Assembly: GCF_009914755.1 (NCBI RefSeq)
Contig: NC_060947.1
Strand: one strand, 5' to 3'
Source: the human T2T-CHM13v2.0 reference genome, Homo sapiens
Length of the DNA: 64,000 nt
Shown here in pieces: positions 18,277-32,800 of this stretch (position 1 is the first letter of the stretch; every line of letters starts with the position of its first letter). Below the pieces are notes generated by a model. It did not search any database. It saw only the letters and a program-made list of their open reading frames with translations, and was not told the DNA's origin. Position numbers and translations under genes: made by a program.

Positions 18277-18460
18277 GAGTTGCTCAACCCCACCACTGTG
18301 GACCTTTTTGGTCTGGATAACCATTGTAGGGGGCTATCCTGGGCACTGTAGGATATTTAGCAGCATCTCTGGCATCTACCCACTAGATGCCAGCAACAAC
18401 CTCTATTCATGGCAGACAAATAATGTCCCCAAAGGTGCAAACCCCCAAAAACTACCTGAG
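18277..18460. mobile_element. MER20
   Basis: ctcaaccccaccactgtggac...gcactgtaggatatttagcagcatctctggcatctacccactagatgccag. Confidence 0.8.
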
Positions 18461-19606
18461 TAACTATCAAGTTAGTTACCTTATCATAGAAATTTACTTT
18501 GCTCACACTAGCTCATACTTATTTAGTTAAAAATGTAAGAAAATTTTGTGCCTCTGTCAGGAAGAGCATCCAGCCTAGCTCAATGTACCTCATTTAGCAT
18601 CTGGTCTGCCCTCATAAAAACAACCTCCTCTCAGTAATGCTCAACTTCCTCATTCCAAGGGATGAGGCCTATTCACTTAGCAATATAGTAAATTCCTTAT
18701 TCAGAACATTAACATATGCATTACTATATATGTAATATATAGAGATACATATAGAGAAGGAGAGAGATATATATTCTCATTCTTAACCTTATGTAAAATT
18801 GTATAACTGGCAAAAAATAGCTATGTTTATATAATATGAAAATTTCTATTCTTCCTCCTCCCACCATAAAATTCTGAATAACTAAAAAAACAATAGAATT
18901 ACTAGAAACCAAAATCTAAACTAGAAATAAATGTTTCCCAATATTCTGGCTTACCTCCTCTGGATACCCAAGCATCACACAGTTCTATTGGGGAAGAAAG
19001 TGAAGTCACTGTTTTTAGTTTAGGATATGTTTCTTTATATTTAGGGTTTTACCTCTTATTCTTGTAACTTCAGAATTCTGGGAGTTCAAAATTACTGTTT
19101 ACAAGTAATTTGAAATCCTAAAAACAAAATCATGCCCAGTTTGTTATTCTGTATAATACCTAGTATTAAGTACTCATAAATAATATAGTGGTCTCAGAGA
19201 TTAGACGATAGTAACTTGTATTAAGATTGCAAGAATAGGGTTAAGAGAAAATGGATAAAATTTGAAATATATTTTGAAATTAGTACTCATAGGGGATGGC
19301 AAAGAGCTAGGTATGTGGAAGAAATGAGAGGAAAGAATCAAGAATGGCACCCAGGATTCTGGCCTGGACAGCTAAAATAATAATATCTAATAAACAGTGG
19401 GAGTGTAACAGGATTTTTGTAGCTTCTTCTACTGGTGAGGTTTTTGCTTTTTTGAAACAGAGGTGCAATGAAGGGTTCAAGTTTATATCTGTATAAACCG
19501 AGACATCTGAGAGAGACTCAAAGAGGGGCTGTTAAATGGGCATTAGACAGATGAATCTTGATCTCCTAAGTGAAGTCTGGGATGGATATATAAAATTGAA
19601 AGTTGT

Positions 19607-19935
<329 letters not shown>

Positions 19936-22074
19936 TCACAGAAATGGAAGGCATCACCTAATATCAGAGTATTGAATTAGAGAGATCAAGAATGGGCTAT
20001 CAGGAAGGCCAACACTTAGTGAGTAGAGAAAAAACAGCAAGCAGAGAAGGCTGAAAATAATAGTCATGAGAAAACACAGTAACCAAAGAAGTTCAAAAAG
20101 TGACAGGAGGATGACCTTTGTTTTCCAAGATAGCTGACTAAAAACATTTCCAGCACACCTCATCCACTTAGAAAAACCAAAGTGGTATGTAGACAATCAC
20201 ACTTTGAATACATTACCCAACAGGGAACACAGGGTTCAACAGAAAAAGTGAAAGGAAACTCCAAAATCTGGGAATGAGAAGAAAAGCAGACAGCCTGTCG
20301 TGGTCAAGACCGGCTGGGAACTGGCAATGAATCCCTAAGAGAGAGTGAGTGAGTATCTTTCTGCAGTCCACTTTCCCACTGGGGAATCATACAGTCCAGG
20401 CCACAGCAGAGCACCCTGACCCACCCAAATCCTGAATCTGATTTAGGGAGCATCCAAGAGACTGTGAGAAGGAACTGCTTCAAGGAGGCAACATGCCCTG
20501 GGTCCCACACAATTCCTGAGAACTAAGTAGCCACAGTAAGATGCGATTCTTAATCCTAGCTCTTAGCAAACTATGAGTGGTCCTGGGAATCTGCAGCACC
20601 AGTCTTGGCCATTGGGGAAGATCAGGTTGCATCTTGTGGAGCAGGGGCTTGAGCAGGAATGGGGATCAATGGGGAATCCCACAATCAAAACTAAGAAACG
20701 GACATGGCATGGGCTCCAGCCTCTGGCACTGGAACCAGGCTCCCAATGCTCCAATCCTGAGCAGGATGAGTTACTGCAGAGGCTTGGTCTTGAGCTGGGT
20801 GCTGGCTTCTATGGCTCATGGCTGAATTATGGGCTGGGTGCAAACTGCCATACTAACAGAACAGCCAGGTTGGCTGCCACAGATGGGATGAGGGAGGGAC
20901 AGCAGTGGTCTCATCCTCCCTGGCACCCATGGCAGGACCTCAGCACAGCAGCAGTCACCTCTCACCCAAGCATTTCACCAGGGGCATGACGACTACACTG
21001 CCTGCCCCACCCCCACATCATGGCTCATGCACGCACTTGCCATTGGGAGGTGTTGAGTACAAGCTTGCCCAGTCTGGATCCACCCAGCTTCACCCTCCTA
21101 ACCCTATGCCAACATGAACTGTGGGGGCCAGGTTCTGGGTGTTCCACAACCCAATCTACCACCAGGGGCACATGAGCACCAAGGGGACAGAGACTGAGCA
21201 TAAACACCCTGCTTCTACAGTCTCAGCTGGCTCTTACCTGAAAGCACCACCTTCTGGCCTAGAAGCCAGTTTGCACAGCCTGTTGCAACCACTTCCAACA
21301 CAAGAGCACAGTGCAAGGGAACAAGGAGACTATCTCACCACCACTGCTACCTCTATCACCCACACTACTCCAACTGCTCAGGAGCTTGAGAGCCTGCTTA
21401 TCTGCCTGGTATACTGCTACTAAAACTGGCATCTGAGAAAGCCACCCAGATGCCCAAACATGAGCCTGCCTGGAAACTGCCAACACAGGAGCCAGCATAT
21501 GCTGTCCCAGGTCACAAGGATAGACATACTTAGCACACCTCTGCTACCATTACAACCTGATGATGGGCCCATCAGGCATTCCAGTCACAAGCACAACTTC
21601 ACCACAGGCCCCACCAAGAACAACACATTAACAGAATAAGGATAGCCATACAAATTATACAGAGTCTTCACTACTGCATGCACCTGGAAGCAAAGCCAGA
21701 AGGCCTTACCCAACGAACATCATTGTCATATCTTCAAGAAAAAAGTCCCCCATCCACGTGAAAGTTATTTTTTTAAAAAGATGTAACTATGAAGCCAGAT
21801 GAGCAGAAACCAACATAAAGATACAGAAAACATGAAAAAGCTAAGTAATATTATGGCCTCAAATGAATGTAATAATTCTCCAGCAGTAGATCCTAACCAA
21901 AAAAGAAAAAAAAATCCTCAAAATCCCAGATAAAGAATTCAAAACATTGATTTTAAAGAAGCTCAATGAGATGCCAGAGAAATCTAAAAACCAATACAAA
22001 GAACTCAGAAAATCAATTCAGAATACAAATAAAAACTTATAACATGGAGATAAATATCTTTAAAAGATAAAAAG

Positions 22075-22345
22075 CCCGAGTGTGGTGGCTAACACCTACA
22101 ATCTCAGCACTTTGGGAGGCCGAGGTAAGAGGACTGCTTGAGCCCAGGTGTTTAGGACCAGCTTGGGCAACATAGAGAGAACCTGTCTCTACTAAAAATA
22201 CAAATATTAGCTAGGCGTGGTGGCACATGCTTGTAATCCCAACTACTCAGGAAGCTGAGGCAGGAGGATCACTTGAGTCCAAAAGTTTGAGGTCATACTG
22301 AGCTATGATCACACCACTACACTCCAGCCTGGGCAAAAGAAAAAG

Positions 22346-22380
<35 letters not shown>

Positions 22381-22419
22381 CTCTCGCTCTCTACTACACT
22401 CCAGCCTGGGCAACAGAAC

Positions 22420-22502
<83 letters not shown>
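22075..22502 (+). mobile_element. AluJ with duplicated end and (CT)n(CA)n microsatellite tail
   Basis: Alu body 22075-22345; (CT)n/(CA)n 22346-22502. Confidence 0.88.
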
Positions 22503-23010
22503 TCCGAAACTAAAGGATTCATTGAAGAAAATACAAAATACATTTGAAATACTAGATCAAGCAGAAGAAAGAATTTCAGAACTTGAAGACAGGTCTTTTG
22601 AAATAATCCAGTCAGACAAAAATAAAGAAAAAGAATGAACAAAGCTTTTTCTTTTTTTTTTTTTTGAACTTGCTTATTGCTTTATTTTATTTTTTTATTA
22701 TACTTTAAGTTCTGGGATCCACATGCAGAACATGCAGGTTTGTTACATAGGTATACATGTGCCAATTGAGACTGCATAAAATGACCAAACTTACAAATTA
22801 TTGGTATTCCTGAGGGATATGAGAGATTAAAAGGCTTAGAAAGCCTATTTAACAAAATAAGAAACGAAACTTTTCCAAGTATAGCAAGATTTAGACATCC
22901 AGACACAGGAGACTCAGTGATTCCCAGGAAAACACAATGCAAAAAGGAGTTTGCCACAGCATATTATAATCAGACTGTCTAAAGTAAAAAGAATTCTAAA
23001 ATCAGCAAGA

Positions 23011-23427
23011 CAGCATTCCACCACAGCCACCATTGCAGAGCAGCAGCAATGGTTCTGTGCTACACTATGGTCGTGGGCCTCAACAAGGGCCACAAGTTGA
23101 CCAAGAATTTGAGCAAGCCCAGACACAGTCGTAGCCTTGGGCGCCCGACCAAACACACCAAGTGTGTGCGGGGCATGATCCAAGAGGTATGTGGCTTCAC
23201 CCCATACGAGCGGTGCACCATGGAGTTACTGAAGGTCTCCAAGGACAAACAAGCCCTCAAGTTCATCAAGAAAAGGGTGGGGACACACATCCACACCAAG
23301 AGGAAGCGGGAGGAGCTGAGCAATGTCCTGGCCATCACGAGGAAAGTTGCTGCTATGAAAGACTGAGCTCCCTGTCCTGTCCTCTCCCTGAAATAAAGAA
23401 CAGCTTCACAGAAAAAATAAAATAAAA
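23011..23427 (+). pseudogene. RPL36 processed pseudogene (probably RPL36P18); ORF 23049-23366
   Basis: 105-aa RPL36-like ORF, no introns, AATAAA at 23392 and an A-rich tail. TSD TAAAATCAGCAAGA at 22997-23010 and 23428-23441. Confidence 0.93.
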
Positions 23428-25568
23428 TAAAATCAGCAAGAGAAAAGCACCCTGTCACCTACATAAGGAAACTCCATTAGACTAACATGAGACTTCTCAC
23501 CAGAAACCTTAAAAGCCAGAAGAGAAGGGAATGACATATTAAAAATGCTGAAATAAAAAAAACCAAGACTGCCAGCCAAGAACTCAATATCCAGCAATAA
23601 GCTTCATAAATAAGAAGAAATGAAGTCTTTCAGAGACAAGCAAATGCTGAGGAATTCATCGCCACTAAACTGGCCCTACAAGAAATGCTCAAAGAAGTCC
23701 TAAACGTGGAAGTAAAAGCGATATTCATCATCATAAAAACACACAAAAGTATAAAACTCACTGGTAAAGTAATCACACAAAGGAGGAAGAAAAAGGAATC
23801 AAATGGCACCACTACAGAATTCCACCAAACCAAAGGCAAACATTCCAAGAAAAAGAAACAGAGAATTTATAAAACTAGAAAACAATTAACAATACGACAA
23901 GAACAAACCCTCACATATATCAATATAAACCTTGAAAATAAATGAATTAAATGCCCCATTTAAAAGATATAGATTGGCAAAATAGATTTTAAAAACATAA
24001 TCCAACTATATGATGCTTACAAGAAACTCACATTACTTGTAAAGACACATATAGACCAAAAGTAAAGGAATAGAAAGACAGTCCACACAAACAAAATCCA
24101 AAAGTGAGCAGCACTAGCTGTACTTGCATCAATTAAATCAGATATTAAATAAAAGACGGTTAAAAAAGACAAAGAACTTCATTCTGTAATAAAGGGATCA
24201 ATCTGGCAAGAGGCTATAACAATTTTAAATGTATATGCACCCAACACTGGAGCACCCAGATCCATAAAACAAATATCACTAGGCCTAAAGAGAGAGATAG
24301 ACAGATACAATAATGGTGGGAGACTTCAACGCACCACTCACGGCATTAGACAGATCATCCAGGTAGGAAACCAACAAAGAAACATTAGATATAAATTGGA
24401 CTTTACACCAAATGGACCTAACAAATTTACAGAACATTCTGCCCAACAACTGCAGAATATACACTCTTTCGATGAGCACATGGAACATTCTCCAAGATAA
24501 ACCACGTTAGGCCATAAAACAAGTATCAACAAATGTTTAAAAATGAAATCCTATCAATTATTTTCTCATAACACAGTGGAATAAATAGAAATCAATACAA
24601 AAAGGAACTTCAGAAACGATACAAACACATGGATATTACACAAGCTCCTGAACAATCATTGGATCAAAGAAGAAATTAATACAAAAGATTAAAAATTTTT
24701 TGAAACAAATGAAAATGGAAACACAACAAACCAAAACCTGTGGGATATAGCAAAAGCAGTGGTAAGAGGGAAATTTGTAGCATTAAATGCCTATTATCAA
24801 AAAAAAGAAAGATTACAAATTATCAACCTAACAATGCATCTCAAAAAACTAGAAAATCAAGAACAAACCACACTCAAAACTAGCAGAAGAAATAACAAAG
24901 ATCACAGTAGAACTAAATGAAATAGGGACCAAAGAAATACAAAGTATTAAAAAAACAAAGAGTTGATTCTTCAAAAAGATAAATAAATCTGATAAACCAG
25001 TAGCTAGACTAACCTAGAAGAGAGATGAACCAAATAAACACAATGAGAAATAAAAAAGGAAATATTTCAACTGATACCACAGAAACACAATAGATCATCA
25101 GAAACTATTATGAACAACTATATACTCAACAAACAAGAAAACCTAGAGGAAAGAGATAAATTCCTGGAAACATACAACCTACCAAGATTGAACAAGGAAG
25201 AAATAGAAAATCTAAACAGGCCAATAATGAAGAGCAAAACTGAATCAGTAGTAAAAAAAAAAAAAATCCCAATAAAGACAAGCTCAGGGATTGTTGAGGG
25301 AGCTTGGCTGAGGGATTCACAGCCAAATTCTATCAAATATAAAAAGAAGGAATACCGCTCCTCCTGAAACTGTTCCAAAAAATTGAAGAGGAGAGTATTC
25401 TCCCTAATTCTTTCCATGAGGCCACTATCACCCTAATACCAAAACTGGACGAGGACACAACAACCAAAAAAGGAAAACAGCAGACCAATATCCCTGATGA
25501 ACATACATGCAAGAATCCTCAACAAAATACTAGTAAATTGAATACAGGACATCAAAAAGATAATGCAC

Positions 25569-25930
25569 TGTATCAGTTCATTTTCATGCTGCTGATAAAG
25601 ACATACCTGGGACTAGGCAATTTACAAAACAAAGAGGTTTATTGGACTTACAGTTCCAAATGGCTGGGGAGGCCTCACAATCATTGTGGAAGGCAAGCAG
25701 GAGCAAGTCACATCTTACATGAATGGTGGCAGGCAAAGAGCCTGTGTAGGGAAATTCCCGTTTTTGAAACCATCAGATGTCATGAGACTCATTCACTGTC
25801 ACAAGAACAGCACAAGAAAGACCCACCCCCATGATTCAACCATCTCCCACCAGATCCCTTACACAACACATAGGAATTATGGGAGCTATAAGATGAGATC
25901 TGGGTGGGGACACAGAGCCAAACCATATCA
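25569..25930 (-). mobile_element. THE1 solo LTR
   Basis: tgtatcagttc...aaaccatatca. TSD tgcac/tacac. Confidence 0.9.
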
Positions 25931-27600
25931 TACACCATGATCAAGTGGGTTTTATACCAAGGATGCAAAGATGGTTGAATATATGCAAATTAATAAATGT
26001 GATACATCACATAAACAAAATTAGGACAAAAAACATATGATCATCTCAATAGATGCAGAAAATGCATTTGATAAGGTTAAGCTTCCCTTCATGGTAAAAA
26101 AACCCTCAACAAACTAGGCATAGAAGGAACATACCTGAAAAAAATAAAGGCCATATACAACAAACCCATGTATCATACTGAATGGGGAAAAGCTGAAGGC
26201 CTTCCAACTAAGATCTAAAACAAGACAAAGATGCTCACTTTCACCATTGTTATTGAATATAGTACTGGAAGTCCTAGCCAGAGCAATCGGGCAAGAGAAA
26301 GAAATAAAACACATCCAAATCAAAAAAGAGGAAGTGAAAGTATCGCAGATTGCTGACGATATCATCTTATATCTAGAAAAACCTAAAGACTCCACCAAAA
26401 AACTCTTAGATTTGATAAAGTTTCAGGATACAAAAATTAACATATAAAACACAGTAGCATTTCTAAATACCAATAATGATCTCACTGAGAATGAAATCAA
26501 GAAGTCAATCCTATTTACCACACCTACCAGAAAATAAAATACCTAGGAATAAATTTAACCAAAGAGGTTAAAGATCTCTACAAGGAAAACTATAAAACAC
26601 AGATGAAAGAAATTGAAGATGACAAAAACAAATGGAAAGATATCTCATGCTCATGGATCAGAAGAATTAATATTGTTAAAATGACCATACTGCCCAAAGC
26701 AATCTACAGGTTCAATGCAATCCCTACCAAAATACCAACATCATTTTTCACAGAATTAGAAAAAACAATCATAAAATTCATATAGAACCAAAAAAGAGTC
26801 CAAATAGCCAAAGCATTGGTCTTTTGCAGCAACATGGATAGAACTGAAGGTCATTATCTTAAGTGAAACAAACCAGACACAGAAAGAAAAATATCACATG
26901 TTGTCACTCACTCATTTTTTAGTGAATGCTAAAAAATGGTGTATACATAGATATAGAGAGCAGAGTGATAGACAATGGAGACTCAGAAGGGTGAGAGAGT
27001 GGGAGAGGGGTATATAATAAGAAATTACTTAATGGGTACAATGTATGTTATTTGGGTGACAGATTCTCTGAATCCCCTAACTTGACTACTATGCATGTAA
27101 TAAATTTGCACTTGTATGCCATAAATTATATAAATAAATTTTTAGTGAAAAAACAAGAACAGCCACACTGGAAGACAGTCTGGTATGCTTTTACAAAGAT
27201 AAATATGGTCTTAATTCAGCAATTGCAAGCCTGGGTATTTACTCAAATAAGTTCAAAACTAATGTCTACACAAAGTCTTCACACTAACATTTATAGCAGC
27301 CTTATTCATAATTGTCAAAATTTAGAAGCAAACAAGATGCATCTTTCAATAGGTTAATGGATAAACTGTGGAATATCCACACAATGGAATAGCTTCCAGG
27401 AAACAAGCTTTCAAGCCATGAAAAGAAATGGAGAGACCTTAACATATATTGCTTCTTGAAAGAAGCCAGTCTGAAATGTCTACATATGCTAGGATTCCTA
27501 GTAAATATCATTCTGGGAAGGGTAAAACTATGGTGGTAGTAGAAAGATCAATGGTTGCCATAATTTGGGAGGAAAAGAGGGAATAAGGGAAGAGGAAGAG

Positions 27601-29917
27601 AGTATTGGTCCATTTTCACACTGCTGTAAAGAACTACCAGAAACTGAGTAATTTATAAAGAAAAGAGGTTTAATTGACTCACAGTCCACATAGCTGGGAG
27701 GCCTCAGGAAACTTACAATCATGGCAGAAGGCAAAGGAAGAGCAAGCACCTTCTTCACAAGATGGCGGGCAGGGCAGGGGAACTGCCACACACTTATAAA
27801 CCATCAGATCTTGTAAGAACTCACTCACTATCATGAGAGCAGCATGAGGGAAACCACTCTCATGATCCAATCACTTCTCACCAGGTCCCTCCCCTGACAC
27901 ATGGCAATTATAATTCAATATGAGACTTGAGTGGGGACACAGAGCTAAACCATATCATTCTGCCACAGCCCTTCCCAAATCTCATTTCCTTATCACACTG
28001 CAACACATTTGCAAAATTCCATCTCAACAGTCCCCAAATGTCTTAACTAATTCCAGCATTAAGTCAAAAGTCCAACTCCAAAGTCTCATCTGAGACAAGG
28101 CAAGTCCCATTTTGCCTATGAGCCTGTAAAATCAAGTTAGTTACTTCCTATATACAATGGGGGTACAGGCATTGTGTAAATACACACGTTCCAAATGGGG
28201 GAAATTGGCCAAAATCAAAGGGCCTCAGGCCCCATGCAAGTCCAAAATACAATGGGGAAGTCATTAAAGCTTAAAGTTCCAAAATAATCTTCTTTCAATC
28301 CATGCCTCACATCCAGAGCACACTGATGGAAGGGGTGGGTTCCCAAGGCCTTGCGTAGCTCTACCCTTGTGGCTCTTCAGGGTATAGCCCCCGTCGCTGG
28401 TTTCAGGGGATGGCATTGAGAGCCTGCAGCTTTTCCAGGTGCTCGGTACAAACTGTCAGTCTAGAGGTATGGAGGATAGTGGCCATCTTCTCACAGCTTC
28501 ACTAGGCACTGCCCCAATGGGGACTCTGTGTGAGTCTCCAACCCCACATTTCCCCTCTACACTGCCCTAGTAGAGGTTACCCATGAGGGCTCTGGCCCTG
28601 CAGCAGACTTCTGCCTGGACGTTCAGGCATTACCATACAGCTTCTGAAATCCAGGCAGAGGTTCCCAAACCTCCACTCTTGTCTTCTAAGCACCCACAGG
28701 CCCAACACCATGTGGAGGCCACCAAAGCTTGAGGCTTGCACCCTCTGAGGCAACATTATGAGCTGTGCCTTGGCCCCTTTTAGCCACAGCTGAAGCTGGA
28801 GTGGCTGGGACACAGGGAACCATGTCATGAGGCTGCACAGAGCAGTAGGGCCCTGGGCCCAGCCCATGAAACCATTTTTCCCTCCTAGGCCTCCAGGCCT
28901 GTGATGGGAAGGGCTGTCATGAAGATCTCTGAAATGCCCTGAAGACATTTTCCCCATTCTTTTGGCAATTAACATTTGGCTCCTTTTTACTTATGCAAAT
29001 TTCTGCAGCGGGCTTGAATTACTTCCCAGTAAATGGGTTTTTCTTTTCCACCATATAGGCTGCAGATTTTCCAAACTTTTATGCTTTTCTTCCTTTTTAA
29101 ACATAAGTTCCAATGTCAGACCATCTCTTTGTGAATGCATATGACTGAACACTTTCAGAAACAGCCAGGTCACATCTTGAATGCTTTGCTACTTAGAAAT
29201 TTCTTCTGCCAGATACCCTAAATCATGTCTCTTAAGTTCAAAGTTCCACAGATCTCTAGGGCAGGAGCAAAATGCCATCAGTCTCCTTGCTAAAGCATAG
29301 CAAGAGTGACCTTTACTTCAGTTCCCAGTAAGTTCCTCATCTCCATCTGAGACCACCTCAGCCTGGATTTCGTTGTCCATATCACTATCACATTTTGGTC
29401 ATAACTATTCAACAAGTTTCTAGAGAGTTCCAAACTTTCCCATATATTCCTGTCTTCTTCTGAGCCCTCCAAACCGTTCCAACCTCTGCCCATTACCCAG
29501 TTCCAAAGTTGCTTCCATATTTTCAAGTTTCCTTATAGCAATGCCCCACTTCTTTAGTACCAATTTTCTGTATTAGTCCATTCTCACACTGCTATATAAA
29601 ACCACCTGAGACTGGGTAATTTATAAAGAAAAGAGGTTTAATTGACACACAATTCTACATGGCTGGGGAGGCCTTAGGAAACCAATCATGGTGGAAGGTG
29701 AAGAAGAAGCAAGCACCTTCTTCACAAGGCAGAGGGCAGGAGGAGAATGCTACACACTTATAAACCATCAGATCTCATAAGAACTCACTATCATGGGAAC
29801 AACATCGGGGAAACCACCCTCATGATCCAATCACCTCCTACCAGGTCCCTCCCCTGACACATAGTGGTTACAATTCAATATGAGATTTGGGTGGGGACCC
29901 AGAGCTAAACCATATCA
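27601..29917 (-). mobile_element. MSTA-type MaLR, complete LTR-int-LTR, inserted in an L1MC fragment
   Basis: LTRs at 27601-27957 and 29569-29917. TSD AAGAG at 27596-27600 and 29918-29922. Confidence 0.9.
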
Positions 29918-30272
29918 AAGAGTGATTAATACATGGATCACAGAATTTTCAGGGCAGTTACACTCTTCTATGTGATACTGTGATGATGCATACATGACAC
30001 ATGCATTTGTCAAAACACATACAACTATACAACACAAAGACTGAATCCTAATGTACAGACTTTAATAATAAAGTATAGCTTCATCAATTTTCATCATCAT
30101 CAAGTGTACCATATATTGGTTCATTAATTGTAAAAAATACATTACAAAAATGTAAGATGCTAAAAATAGGAAAACTATGAGCTGGAGAAAAGGAGTATGG
30201 GGTACCTGTACTATCTGCTCAATTTTTTTGTAAACCTAAAACTTCTGAAAAATAACATATGAAATAAAAAGT

Positions 30273-30566
<294 letters not shown>

Positions 30567-30907
30567 TGCAAAAAAAATGAAATAAAAAGGCAAATAAACT
30601 ACCAAAAAGGGACAGAAAAATATACTAAAACATCAGTATTAATAACAAGAATAATTTAATGATTTAAATAATATCAAGACATTACTAATCTACACATTTT
30701 TCATGCTTCTTTATGTTCGTTCCCCTCCAAATAAAAGATTATTTAGTTAAATTACAAAGTAATATTAGAAGCTCCCTCAGGGAATTTAATTAAATGTGCA
30801 TTCATAAACTATTTTCTGGATGATTTCATGTATTTATTTAGTAAACACCACTTAAAATTATAATTATTATTCTAATTTAATGGAGTTAAATAAAGAATAA
30901 TAAATCT

Positions 30908-31417
30908 TGCTGGGAACAGGCCCCCAAATCTGGCCATGAACTGGCCCCAAAACTGGCCATAAACAAAATCTCTGCAGCACTGTGACATGTTTGTGATGGC
31001 ATTGACGCCCACACTGGAAGGTTGTGGGTTTACCGGAATGAGGGCAAGGAACACCTGGCCCACCCAGGGCAGACAACCGCTTAAAGGTGTTCCTGAACCA
31101 CAAACAATAGCATGAGCGATCTGTGCCTGAAGGAGATGCTCCTATCGCAGGTAACTAGCCAGACCCACCCCTTTATTTCAGCCCATCCCTTTGTTTCCCA
31201 TAAGGAATACTTTTAGTTAATCTATAATCTATAGAAACAATGCTTATCACTGGCTTGCTGTCAGTAAATATGCAGGTAAATCTCTGTTCAAGACTCTCAG
31301 CTCTGAAGGCTGTGAGACCCCTGATTTCCCACTCCACACTCTATATTTCTGTGTGTGTGTCTTTAATTCCTCTAGCGCCGCTGGGTTAGGGTCTCCACAA
31401 CTGAGCTGGTCTCAGCA
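30908..31417 (+). mobile_element. LTR3-family (HERV-K HML-6) solo LTR
   Basis: TG...CA ends, gggaacaggcccccaaatctggcc start, perfect 6-bp TSD AAATCT (betaretrovirus-like length). Confidence 0.88.
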
Positions 31418-31846
31418 AAATCTAATTCTTAGGTGTTTCAGATTTAAAATCAGTATAAACATCCTAAGCATTGGGTAAATACAATAACAGTGCCAAAAAA
31501 AAAAAAAACTCAACCTTGGAAAGAAAAATGGGAAATAACATAAAACTATTTGTATCTTAATTTCTTGAACTATCTCACACTAACAGCATCTCATATTTTC
31601 CATCAAAAAAGTGAAGATTAACTTTTATATAGCTATAATTAATAAAATTTAAACTGATTTAAAATGTTTATCTTGTGATATACAATAAAGGAGCTTTTTA
31701 AACATTAAAAATCAATTAACATGTATACTAGGGCAACTAGAAAAATAAAATATGACTAATAATGAACAAATAATTGAGAAATACATGCAAAACTGGTATT
31801 TTAACTGAGTTCCAGCAAAAAATTAAATAAATAAAAATTCCACCTA

Positions 31847-32176
<330 letters not shown>

Positions 32177-32336
32177 ATCGGAAAACTGCTCACTTATTCC
32201 TCCGTGGGAGATTCACTTCACAACAATTTCAAAGCCTACCTTCTTAGGCAACAAACAGCACTTGGGAAAAGACAATTATAAAAATGGTTCACCTTTTCCA
32301 CATAAAAAAGGACATTAAAATGTGTATTTATCTTCC

Positions 32337-32800
32337 TGTTGTAGGCTGAATGGTGGCCCTCAAAGATATCAGACCCTAATTCTGGAATCTGTGAGTGTTA
32401 TCTTATATGCTAAAGGTTTTACAGATGTAATTAAGAGTCTTGTGATGAGATTAGCCTGCATCATCCATGTGGACCCTAAATGCCATCACAGGTATCCTTA
32501 TAAGAGGAAAGCAGAGGGTAAACCAGACAGACTGAAGAGGGGGCCATGTGGAGAAGGAGGCAGCCACTGGAATAATTGTGCCACACAATGCCAGTAGCCA
32601 TCAGAAGCTGGAAGAAGCAAGGAATGGATTCTCCCCTAGAGCCTCCCCATAGGGAGTGCGGCCCTGCCAAAACCTTGATTTTAGCTCAATTAAATTTGTT
32701 TCTAACTTTCAGTCTCCAAACCTGTGAGAGACTAATTTTCTTTTTTTTAAACTATTAAGTTTGTGATAATTTGTTATGGCAGGCACAAGAAACTAATATA
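32337..32800 (+). mobile_element. MLT1 LTR
   Basis: tgtaggctgaatggtggccc...agaagctggaagaagcaaggaatggattctcccctagagcctcc...aactaata. Confidence 0.85.

Larger units (their letters stand above)
20120..27142 (+). mobile_element. Near full-length decayed L1 (L1PB4/L1M-like) with nested Alu, L1PA tag, RPL36 retrocopy and THE1 LTR
   Basis: GC-rich 5'UTR, ORF1 and ORF2 remnants ([15 protein letters not shown]; [24 protein letters not shown]). Internal deletion near 26815. L1PB-type 3'UTR. Confidence 0.88.
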
